Sequence record: MN563784.1 | DNA length: 64,000 nucleotides | Reading direction: 5' to 3' (one strand) | Part shown: piece after piece, positions 33,565 through 51,189 of the stretch | How the letters are laid out: the number at the start of each line of letters is the position of its first letter | How positions within the stretch are numbered: the first letter of the stretch is position 1 | Made by a program: the position numbers and the translations under genes | The notes under the pieces: model-generated | The model's input: only the letters and a program-made list of their open reading frames with translations | Told to the model about the DNA's origin: nothing | The model's database searches: none

Positions 33565-36500
33565 TAGTGTTTCCTCTATATACAGCTACAAGATGTTTTC
33601 CAGCTGCCCACAAGATACCAGTTGTTGTAGCAATGATTTTAGGAGATAGAACCATTCGTTCTTCTACCGATGTATTACCGAATAGTAGATCAATATTACG
33701 GCCATCTTCAGTTTCATTACGTCCAGTCATTACACGGGAGAATACCGTTTTCATCTGGTTAGCTACTACGCCTTTATCTCCAACACCACATGGGATATCA
33801 TGATCGATATACACTCGAATAATCATGTGGTCATATTCTAAGGCTCGTCCTTTCACTCGATAGTTAGCATCTACTTGTCCAGTGAAAGTAGGTTCTTTCA
33901 ATGATTTAGCTCGTTCAGCGCGTTGTTTATCTGACGTATTAGCTAATGCTTGTAAACTTGGTGTCATATCGTCTATTTCACCATGATAGAAGCATTCAAT
34001 CTTTGATACTGTACCTACGAGCTTAGCACGTGGCGAATATGCTGATAGTTTGCGTAATGTCTCAATAGATGCCTCGTCATATAGTGAGTGAGCAGCTGTT
34101 TCAGGATCTTCAATTATACATAGAATTGAATTTAAGTCGACATGATCCCCAACTTTCACCATATCTCGAATAGTCTGATCAAACCTAACATCGATATTCT
34201 TGATTGCAGTTGTTTGAGTATTTAACCTTTTAGCTAGGTCTTCAGAAATAACTGAACCGTCTTCTAAAGTGTCAAGGTTATCATCAAATGCTACAACAGC
34301 CATACAACCGGCTTTCCATAATACTTGCCCAGGCGTATACCTATCTTCAGAGAAATAACGTTTGTTATATGTGATAGTATCTCCACGTTTAAACTTATCA
34401 CCTTTCTTTAATGAGGTAACAAGAATGTGTGGGTAGTTAACACCAGCTGCTGTGCCATGAACTGTACCTAATTGATATCCAAATACATTACCATCAGCAT
34501 ATTTAACTTGGATACCATATTCATCAATAGCTACAACTTCACCATCTTGTTCTGCTGCTACAGCAAAGATAGAACTAGTCCTTTGGGCTATGATTTGTTC
34601 ATAGCCTGTACGAACTGGTGTAACTGTATACCCATCAGCATAAATACCTTGCTGCTGCTGAATTGATATAAAGTTAATTCGCTTAGGGTCATCATGTTCG
34701 GTTGCAACACCAAGCAGTGCACTAGTTGAGAGTAGTCTAGCTGGCCCATCTGTCTTTGGATCAAACATACGCGTAACACCACGCATGTTTACAAAGTTAG
34801 CATCAGGTACTAAGTAAGCAATAACACCAACGTCACCTGAGTCCACAGTTGATTCACTAACCACACCAACATCCGCTTCACCGTAAATACGTGTACGTGC
34901 AACCATTGAGGTTGGACCGCGTCCACCATCTCCACGATAAGTCATCGCTTCTTGTTCACGGATATTTGCAATGGGGTTAGAATCTTCAATAGTGGCTACT
35001 GTCGGATCTTGTACAATCTTGCGCCAGATCACGTGTGGATCTAACTCGACAGTTTGCACTGACCCACCATTACGCATATTAAATACACGTACCGCTCTAT
35101 TGAGTTCATTAAAAATAGCCCCTGCCATGCGCTCATAACCACGATAGCGCATATATGCACCATCTACTTCTGCTGGACTCCAGTCGTTCGTTAATAACTC
35201 GACAGACCGATAAAGCAATCCTTCAAAAGTAGTTGGTTCACCCATCTCCTTGAGTAGACCCTCAGTGATTGGATCGACCCATGCTGAGAAGAGTGTATCA
35301 ATATCACGTGTAAATCTATTACTTAATCCAGCTTCTTCAAGAACCCTGAAGTAAACATCTCGTTTATTGAAATCATAAACAGAATAACGCCGCAGTGATT
35401 TATGATAACGTTTGAGTCCACTTAATACAAGCATTGCTTTATAATCAGCTCGATCAAATACTAGGATCTCATCAGCGAACGCTAATGTATAATCCGTACT
35501 ATTGACAACAATCCTGGTACCACGCTGATGACGCTGATAATTAACATTCAACTTCTTAAGTAGATTGTTTAAGCCATGGTGATATGCTAAAATGAAACCT
35601 AATGGTAGCTCTTTACCACCAATTGACATTAGAATAGCTTCTAACGGCGCTTTGGTTAGATCTAAGCCAAGTATATCTGTAATGGTACCAATAGGTTCTA
35701 GCTCATTACCTGTTTTCATGTAAAAGATGGAATTCTTATCTAACAAGATAGCATCAGTGCCATTGAACCCCACCATTATCAAATCATCAGTTTCATAATC
35801 TTCGATATGTAATCCTTGTTTTGCAAAGAATTCATTACGATCTTTGAAATTAAAATAGAACACATTACGGTGATTATGGAAGCCTTTAAAAGCTGTTCCT
35901 AAAGTAGTGTACACCCTTGGTAGAACATAGTTGGATTGATCTAATTCAGCATAGGTAACTGAATGTACAGACATATCACTTCCATCTAATGCACGGTTGG
36001 TAATCGCTCTGATTAACCAATTATCAAAGTTGTTTTCAGCACGTTCAGATCTGGTCACAAAGGTCTTATTATAATAAGAGGTCAATGCAACTTTACGTGG
36101 ATTAACTTTACGAATTGGAATATCAGCACGTTGTAAACGTTGGCGATATGTTACCCCATTAGACATGAACCTACCGTCATTATCAATGACAGGGATACGG
36201 AACATTACTTGTGAACTTCTACCACGAATAGGCTTTAATGTAACTTTGTGGATTTGGTAATGGTTACCAGAATCGCGTACAGTTTCAATTTTGTAATTAG
36301 TTACTGATACGCCTTGTTTCTGAACAGATAACACACTGTTTAAAATATCTTTCTTTAATAAGACCTTGTTGTATTTGCGTTGGATGGCTTTTAACTTACT
36401 ACCCAACATTGATTTATCAACAATGGTTGGCTTATCTTCAAAAGTGGTGTCTTCTGGAATCTTAAGATCATCTGGATGATATTCCATCGCCTCAGCGATC

Positions 36501-37903
36501 GTCATAGGTTCTACTGATTCATCATTAGGATCGGTAAATGGATCAGGTAGACGACGATACATAATCGAATCTTCTTGAGCTTGCTCGAATGTATTCGCAG
36601 AAATCATATTCACGCGATACATGTCGTATGCTTTAGCTCTAATGGCATCGATTAGTTTATCTTCTTCATCAACTTCAGTATTGATGAATAACTCATCTTC
36701 TGGTACATCTGTTACAATGAGTTCCTTCTCTTCTTTAATTTGGCGAGAAGGTGAAGATTCCAGTGGATCTTTTTCAATGATAAGCTTTGTTACCTCAAGA
36801 TCACTTTCTGGTGGTGGGGTATATGTTACCTCAATTGCGCCAATATCAATTAAGTTAGTTAAGTTGGTTGGGTCAAATTGAACATCATCAATAACATCAA
36901 CTTCAGTTACTTCTTCTTCAACGTTATTAGACTCAACATCCTCAACCTCTTCTGCTTCACCTTCTTCATAACTAACCGGAGTTTCTTCATCAACAATAAT
37001 ATCTTCATTAAAGATAGGCGTATCTTCTTTAATTAATGAAGTATTACCTTGGTTATATTCAACCATCGCTGATACTAGTGAAATAAGGCGCCTAGCTATT
37101 TGCTGGGTATCATAACCTTTATCATCTTTAATTTCTGGATCACGACGCCATTGATCAAGCATCCCTAAGTTAATAACAAAGAATGAACTTTGTACACGGA
37201 ATAAAAGATTAATGTTACCGTAATACTTAGCATCGATGACATTCATGAAAGAACTTTCACGATCATCAGAAACCCAGCGAACTAAATCAAATATATTTAG
37301 AATATCAGGTGTATTGAATTGATTAGCTAGATCTTGAGTTAAACCCCCTCGTAGTTTATTAAAAGAAGAAGGAGGTGGAACTAACTCAGGTAAGTGTACA
37401 TCAATGAACTGGTTCCAACCAGGAAAACGTTCACATGCAGCCGCTACGCCACTCCAGAATGTACGCATGTCATTTGACCAACGGAACCATGTAGCTTTAT
37501 AAGAAGCCATATAATTCCATTGAGGGTTAATTAAATTATAATTCATTACCAGAATGTTCTGGTTTGATAATTTAAAACCGGTATCACTGCGTAAAGGTTT
37601 AAAGAAACGGTTCTGGCGGCGAAACTCTTGAATCATTGTTGCTGGGATATTTGAAGTCCTACGTGGATTACCTTCAAATGTAAGCATATCAGTAACATGC
37701 TCAATATATACTTTACCTTGATGTTTGGAGAATAATGGGTCTGTTTGACTAGGACCCATTACTGCATTATTACCATCGAAGAACTGATAAATGGATTCGA
37801 AAGGTAGATCAAGTTTATTTAGAGCATGCAACTTAGGTGACTGAAGTTTAGCATATTCGCGTACACTATAATTTTTCAGAAACTGTGTAATATTTAAGCG
37901 CAT
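33548..37903 (-). CDS. rpoB: Virion RNA polymerase beta subunit, large fragment (gp178-like)
   Basis: 1451 aa; EHDDPKR, DNLDTLEDG, VGDKGVVANQMKT and IDLLFG correspond to conserved beta motifs. Confidence 0.92.
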   Translation of the reverse strand: MRLNITQFLKNYSVREYAKLQSPKLHALNKLDLPFESIYQFFDGNNAVMGPSQTDPLFSKHQGKVYIEHVTDMLTFEGNPRRTSNIPATMIQEFRRQNRFFKPLRSDTGFKLSNQNILVMNYNLINPQWNYMASYKATWFRWSNDMRTFWSGVAAACERFPGWNQFIDVHLPELVPPPSSFNKLRGGLTQDLANQFNTPDILNIFDLVRWVSDDRESSFMNVIDAKYYGNINLLFRVQSSFFVINLGMLDQWRRDPEIKDDKGYDTQQIARRLISLVSAMVEYNQGNTSLIKEDTPIFNEDIIVDEETPVSYEEGEAEEVEDVESNNVEEEVTEVDVIDDVQFDPTNLTNLIDIGAIEVTYTPPPESDLEVTKLIIEKDPLESSPSRQIKEEKELIVTDVPEDELFINTEVDEEDKLIDAIRAKAYDMYRVNMISANTFEQAQEDSIMYRRLPDPFTDPNDESVEPMTIAEAMEYHPDDLKIPEDTTFEDKPTIVDKSMLGSKLKAIQRKYNKVLLKKDILNSVLSVQKQGVSVTNYKIETVRDSGNHYQIHKVTLKPIRGRSSQVMFRIPVIDNDGRFMSNGVTYRQRLQRADIPIRKVNPRKVALTSYYNKTFVTRSERAENNFDNWLIRAITNRALDGSDMSVHSVTYAELDQSNYVLPRVYTTLGTAFKGFHNHRNVFYFNFKDRNEFFAKQGLHIEDYETDDLIMVGFNGTDAILLDKNSIFYMKTGNELEPIGTITDILGLDLTKAPLEAILMSIGGKELPLGFILAYHHGLNNLLKKLNVNYQRHQRGTRIVVNSTDYTLAFADEILVFDRADYKAMLVLSGLKRYHKSLRRYSVYDFNKRDVYFRVLEEAGLSNRFTRDIDTLFSAWVDPITEGLLKEMGEPTTFEGLLYRSVELLTNDWSPAEVDGAYMRYRGYERMAGAIFNELNRAVRVFNMRNGGSVQTVELDPHVIWRKIVQDPTVATIEDSNPIANIREQEAMTYRGDGGRGPTSMVARTRIYGEADVGVVSESTVDSGDVGVIAYLVPDANFVNMRGVTRMFDPKTDGPARLLSTSALLGVATEHDDPKRINFISIQQQQGIYADGYTVTPVRTGYEQIIAQRTSSIFAVAAEQDGEVVAIDEYGIQVKYADGNVFGYQLGTVHGTAAGVNYPHILVTSLKKGDKFKRGDTITYNKRYFSEDRYTPGQVLWKAGCMAVVAFDDNLDTLEDGSVISEDLAKRLNTQTTAIKNIDVRFDQTIRDMVKVGDHVDLNSILCIIEDPETAAHSLYDEASIETLRKLSAYSPRAKLVGTVSKIECFYHGEIDDMTPSLQALANTSDKQRAERAKSLKEPTFTGQVDANYRVKGRALEYDHMIIRVYIDHDIPCGVGDKGVVANQMKTVFSRVMTGRNETEDGRNIDLLFGNTSVEERMVLSPKIIATTTGILWAAGKHLVAVYRGNTNAKAK

Positions 37904-37905
37904 GA

Positions 37906-39558
37906 TTAATCCCTTTGTTTGGGTTCCCCAGTCATGTACCGAAGAGTTAAATTGAGTGTATGGATACCAACACTAAATGCCAGTCGACCATCGGCATGTA
38001 TATATGCAATACGTTTCTTAAAGAAAGCATCTGTTTCAGCGATAGCTTCCTCTGAATAAACTGCGTTAAATGATACAGTGTCCCCGTCGAAATCCGCCCC
38101 CAATGGCGCGAGAATAGAAGGAGAGATGGATACTGAGTCATGCCACTGGGCTGGTTTATTTAATTCAAACACAGGGAATTCTAAGGCTGGTTCCAACGTA
38201 TCATCACGTTCCCATTGATCATTTAACGGATAACGTAATTCACCCACTACGGTTGTTTTAACATACATCTTACAGGGGATAGAGCTATTGTAGTTTTCTA
38301 CAGGATATCGTGTAACAAACGCTGAGTTTGTTCGCCACATACTTAATCCACTAAGGTAAACTAATTCGGCATAAGTAATAGGTCTAACAAATTTCTTATT
38401 TAGATTAGTAGGTAACTCATCGATGTTGCGGAATATTTTAAAATTCTGTTTATCATCAACGTAAATAAGGGCTAGATAATGATCAGCAATTTCAATTGCA
38501 CGTGAACGTTTTTCAATGACATCTAACTCATTGATGATTTGTTCTTGCCCTTCAGGAGTTCCCCATAGATCCATATCTTCGTTAGAGATATCAACCCATT
38601 CTAAACGTAGTGTTTTCTTATTGATGAGCTGTACAGTGTTAGTAACTGTATCAAACACTTCACCAACTACACCTTGCCTTAGTGCAAAGATTGTACGCGG
38701 TGCAACTGAACGAGCTGCTTGATGTAAGCCAACTACGGCATCTTTGAATGTTGGTCGATTAGGTGAATCAAGATCAGCAGCATTAGTATCTAGCGAACTA
38801 ATGACGTTACGTGTACCATTGGCAATACGACGGGATGCCCATTTAGATTGAATGTATCCACGTTTACCGGATAGCAGTCGTTCATAATGTTCATAAATAG
38901 CTAATACGGTGTTTTGCATTGCTACTCGTTTGCGATCATAGATACTCAAGTCATCATTTGGTCCAAAGCTATCAGGTACACCAAACGACTGATTTAATAG
39001 ATACCTATAGTGTTCATTGATCTCATCCATCTCAACACGATTATTCTCATCAATCTCTGCATCACGATAAGCGGCTGGTGTTACAAGCATGTCTTTAAAA
39101 ATACAGTTATCTTTATATTTTTCGATTAATTGTAACCTTGATAGCCGAACCCCTGACTTAGTGGACCCAAAGTCAATTCGTTTCCAGTTATCAAAAAAGA
39201 ATGTATAACCAGTTTTACCAGTTAGTTCATCGGCGCGGATAAAATCTTTAATAGATTCGTCAAATACTGCAAATGCCTTACCAAGAATAATTTCTTCATA
39301 GAAAGCTTTTAATTTAATTAAGTTTCGATATACAGCTGGATGGATAAGTTCTAAACCTAAATGAATATATCCAAATAAACTCTCACGATCAGTTGATCCA
39401 ACTCTTCCAAAAATGGAAACAGAGAACAAACCATCTTCATGAAAGTTACCACCTAAACCTTCAAATATCTCATGACTCTTTACTTGACCTAAGAACTTTA
39501 ATTGTTCTTTAGTAGGAATAAGTAAAGAAATATTAAAAGGAACTAATGCCTTCTTCAT
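37906..39558 (-). CDS. rpoC: Virion RNA polymerase beta-prime N-terminal/catalytic fragment (gp180-like), uninterrupted
   Basis: 550 aa; EDGLFS..IFG, LSGKRG, VTRYP and catalytic ADFDGD (38080-38094). Confidence 0.92.
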   Translation of the reverse strand: MKKALVPFNISLLIPTKEQLKFLGQVKSHEIFEGLGGNFHEDGLFSVSIFGRVGSTDRESLFGYIHLGLELIHPAVYRNLIKLKAFYEEIILGKAFAVFDESIKDFIRADELTGKTGYTFFFDNWKRIDFGSTKSGVRLSRLQLIEKYKDNCIFKDMLVTPAAYRDAEIDENNRVEMDEINEHYRYLLNQSFGVPDSFGPNDDLSIYDRKRVAMQNTVLAIYEHYERLLSGKRGYIQSKWASRRIANGTRNVISSLDTNAADLDSPNRPTFKDAVVGLHQAARSVAPRTIFALRQGVVGEVFDTVTNTVQLINKKTLRLEWVDISNEDMDLWGTPEGQEQIINELDVIEKRSRAIEIADHYLALIYVDDKQNFKIFRNIDELPTNLNKKFVRPITYAELVYLSGLSMWRTNSAFVTRYPVENYNSSIPCKMYVKTTVVGELRYPLNDQWERDDTLEPALEFPVFELNKPAQWHDSVSISPSILAPLGADFDGDTVSFNAVYSEEAIAETDAFFKKRIAYIHADGRLAFSVGIHTLNLTLRYMTGEPKQRD

Positions 39559-39633
39559 TTTCTATTTTCCTATTTTGGTAATACTAAGTTAAACAACGAT
39601 ATGATACTTTACTAATCGTCAATGGAGTTTAAT

Positions 39634-48394
<8,761 letters not shown>

Positions 48395-48452
48395 ATACTT
48401 GGAATAGTTATTTATTGTAACCATTCTTAAACCAATGTAATAGGTAATTAAC

Positions 48453-48758
48453 ATGTCTCTACTTAAAAAGATCGGTCTTGCTCTAATTGGATCAGAAGGA
48501 CGTAAGGAAGTTTTTGAACAAGAGTTAACTAAACTATCAAATACTAATGCAGTTATTGATCAAATGGTGATTAATGTACTGGGTAGTAAGAAGAAGTTAA
48601 ATGACTTCCTAATTGAAGCTGAAGAAATTGATAATAAGAAACTAGGCTTCATTAAAAATCGAGCCGAACTTATTAAACTAGTCAAATCTAAATATTCACA
48701 AGACCCTCGGGTTGCCGATGTAGTAGTGTCACTTTACATTGGTGGTTTCATTTATTGA
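48453..48758 (+). CDS. Hypothetical protein
   Basis: 101 aa, AGGT RBS. Confidence 0.7.
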   Translation: MSLLKKIGLALIGSEGRKEVFEQELTKLSNTNAVIDQMVINVLGSKKKLNDFLIEAEEIDNKKLGFIKNRAELIKLVKSKYSQDPRVADVVVSLYIGGFIY

Positions 48759-48765
48759 GGTAAGT

Positions 48766-49458
48766 ATGTCTAAACCTAATCTTGAGTGGTTAGCTTCCTT
48801 AGAAAGTAAAGAAGCTAAAAGTACAGTAGATGCTTCTGATATGGATAATGACCAAAAGGAAGGTAGTGATAAATCACAACATGATGAAGCTACTGAAACT
48901 AAGAAGAATATAACTGCAACTGATATACAAATTGCAATTGAAGAATATGCGCGTATCCGTGCATTAACCACTACTAAAGATCTTCCAGCTGACCCTGAAC
49001 CAGGCGATACTTATCATGTAAATGGGGTAGATTGGATTTATCAAGAAGATGGTGGATGGGTAACTATGCAAGGTATTTATGGCCATGAACATTTTGATGA
49101 AAATGGTCTAAATATTGAAGCAAGTGGCATTGACCAGAAATCAGGTGCAACTAAACGTTATGTGGTAACTGGTTATAATGCTCAGACTAACCCAGCTGCT
49201 ATGCCTGGTGATAACCTGACTGAATGCGTTATCCTAATGCAGAATGGACTTGTTCCAGAAGTTGGTGTAAATGGCCTAACTGCTGACTGTCTAATTAAAA
49301 TCGTTAAAGATTTATTTGAAGGTTACCAAGCAGGCCCATTTGCATGTGAAGAGAATCAGGTAGTGATTAATTCAATGGACCGTGCTCTTAGTGCAATTCA
49401 TCAACGCTTCGTACGACGTAAAGAACAGGGTACTGAAGGTACTTATAGTGGTAATTAA
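48766..49458 (+). CDS. tad1: Tad1-family signal-sponge domain fused to an N-terminal extension
   Basis: ATG at 48766 (GAGG RBS). C-terminal MQNG...NG...LIKIV...YQAGPFACEEN...R..RR...EGT matches the recalled Tad1 pattern FQKG...HG...LLEIV...FQAGPF..REN...R...R...LGT. Confidence 0.75.
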   Translation: MSKPNLEWLASLESKEAKSTVDASDMDNDQKEGSDKSQHDEATETKKNITATDIQIAIEEYARIRALTTTKDLPADPEPGDTYHVNGVDWIYQEDGGWVTMQGIYGHEHFDENGLNIEASGIDQKSGATKRYVVTGYNAQTNPAAMPGDNLTECVILMQNGLVPEVGVNGLTADCLIKIVKDLFEGYQAGPFACEENQVVINSMDRALSAIHQRFVRRKEQGTEGTYSGN

Positions 49459-49464
49459 CATATT

Positions 49465-49487
49465 GCCTCCCTTCGGGGAGGCTTTAT
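49465..49487 (+). terminator. Intrinsic terminator
   Basis: GCCTCCC-TTCG-GGGAGGC followed by TTTAT. Confidence 0.8.
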
Positions 49488-49495
49488 ATCGTAAT

Positions 49496-49520
49496 GAAAA
49501 AAATTTGAGATTTATATTAC
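49496..49520 (+). promoter_or_regulatory. Early (vRNAP) promoter
   Basis: A-tract, then TTTGAGATT, then TATATTAC (49513-49520). Confidence 0.75.
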
Positions 49521-49565
49521 TAATACGCAATTAGGAAAATAACTATCTAGTAAAGAGGAATCATA

Positions 49566-50060
49566 ATGAACGTTGTAATCTTCACTGCCCGACCTATTGG
49601 TTATAAAGTTCCTGGTCCTAACTCCGCTGTAAATAAGTTTGAACTACATACAGCTAATGCACCTAGTGTATATAGTTCTTCACCAGGATTACCAATTACC
49701 ACTCAAGAAAGTAGTTGTATCTATACACTCACTTCGAATCATGAGCTAGTCGCTGGCATCACCGATAATGATAACTCCCTCATGGTTTTTAGACTAGTAC
49801 TTGCGTATAATAATGATACAGCTAACTATCTAATTAGTACCCAGGTTATTGATAGTAGCGCTGAACTAAAAGGAGTGGAAATCATTAGTGAACTCAGTTT
49901 CAGTGTAATTGATACTGGTGCTCATGCGATTCGTCGAGTGAATTCGATCGGTGTATGTGAGGCTGTTGCCGCTCGATGGTCGCCAGTTGCAATTGTAGCT
50001 GATACTAGTGGTGAAGACTTTGGCGATGTATGTACCTCATATATCAAATCGAGTAACTAG
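49566..50060 (+). CDS. Early hypothetical protein
   Basis: 164 aa, GAGG RBS. Confidence 0.75.
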   Translation: MNVVIFTARPIGYKVPGPNSAVNKFELHTANAPSVYSSSPGLPITTQESSCIYTLTSNHELVAGITDNDNSLMVFRLVLAYNNDTANYLISTQVIDSSAELKGVEIISELSFSVIDTGAHAIRRVNSIGVCEAVAARWSPVAIVADTSGEDFGDVCTSYIKSSN

Positions 50061-50061
50061 C

Positions 50062-50304
50062 ATGGTAGATAAAGACAAAACAATGGTAGATTTGGTTAAG
50101 TCAGCACATGAGCTGATTTCACATCTTGACACACTAAATAAAGTAGCAGCTACCATTAATCTAATTGGTATGCCAGATGCTTTAAAAGAAGTAGTTAAAC
50201 TCCCCGATGTAAAATGTGTTGTATATAAACGACCATTAACTGACAATCTAATTAAGATTGTCTTTAATGATGGTAGTTGCTTTGTAATGAAAGATGTAAA
50301 TTAA
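50062..50304 (+). CDS. Small hypothetical protein
   Basis: ATG at 50062, 1 nt after the upstream stop; 80 aa. Confidence 0.65.
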   Translation: MVDKDKTMVDLVKSAHELISHLDTLNKVAATINLIGMPDALKEVVKLPDVKCVVYKRPLTDNLIKIVFNDGSCFVMKDVN

Positions 50305-50334
50305 ACCACCACCCTAAATAGAGAGAGTACTAAA

Positions 50335-50739
50335 ATGTCCATCGAAACCACCAAGAAGTTTATCGAAACTCACAACCTAAATGAAAAAGTAAGCATGTCC
50401 GATGCCGGGGTATTCGAAATCCCGGATGGCCTATTTGAAGAAGTTGTTCTACAACCGGCAGGCGTGACCGCCGAGCAGTATGCTCAGGTACATGAAGGTG
50501 CAGGGCAACTGGCAGCAGCTGTAAGTTATGTATTTGCTGAAAAAGCTGCACCGTACATGAAAGAAAATGAAAACATTGCTGAACTGGGTTATTCCTATAA
50601 TGCAGGTGGTGCAACTGTTTCTGGTATTATCGATCGTAAAGGCGAGCTTGTTACGGTGGTAGATACCAAATATAAGAGCAGCGCTATGAATGATGTTGTT
50701 GAAAGTGTAGCCAGCTTCTTTGAAGATGTCAATAGCTAA
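50335..50739 (+). CDS. Hypothetical protein
   Basis: 134 aa with its own terminator. Confidence 0.8.
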   Translation: MSIETTKKFIETHNLNEKVSMSDAGVFEIPDGLFEEVVLQPAGVTAEQYAQVHEGAGQLAAAVSYVFAEKAAPYMKENENIAELGYSYNAGGATVSGIIDRKGELVTVVDTKYKSSAMNDVVESVASFFEDVNS

Positions 50740-50769
50740 TATATACTAGCTATGTCAATATAATAAGAT

Positions 50770-50790
50770 CAGTGGGTAATGTACCCACTG
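50770..50790 (+). terminator. Terminator hairpin
   Basis: CAGTGGGTA-ATG-TACCCACTG followed by an AT-rich tail. Confidence 0.65.
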
Positions 50791-50856
50791 GTCATTTTAT
50801 ATTAAAAAGTTTAATGGTTAAATAATACATTTTAATAATTTAAGGAATTAGGTATC

Positions 50857-51189
50857 ATGGCGGATCAGAATTTATTTAAAGAAGTTTATGGTGATAATAA
50901 AAAATCACATTCTAACGATATCAAATCTAATCTAGTTATTGTAATTGTACAAACTGTTCGACAAAAAGCCATTTCTCAAAAAGTATTGATTGACGATGTT
51001 TTCACTAAACTAGGTATCTCTGATGAACTTAGTGAAAATATTAAAATGTGTAATTTACCAGCTCTAAGCATTGATGCATTAGTTGACGTTCTATATAGCT
51101 TAGGTTATAGGGCTTCATTAAAATTATCGCAACAAGATTTAAAAGATAACGTTGAAGCAGTAATTGAATTTAAGATGAAGGATCAGTAA
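50857..51189 (+). CDS. XRE/HigA-like helix-turn-helix protein
   Basis: ISQ...LGIS...SIDALVDVLYSLGY resembles the HTH_37-type pattern. Confidence 0.5.
   Translation: MADQNLFKEVYGDNKKSHSNDIKSNLVIVIVQTVRQKAISQKVLIDDVFTKLGISDELSENIKMCNLPALSIDALVDVLYSLGYRASLKLSQQDLKDNVEAVIEFKMKDQ

Noticed and set aside
49102-49458. Acb2 (anti-CBASS) assignment
   Set aside because: The sequence lacks the recalled Acb2 hallmarks (GYR.L, RW.AI..T..Q.G.M...RA...P). The QAGPF...EN pattern is Tad1-type.
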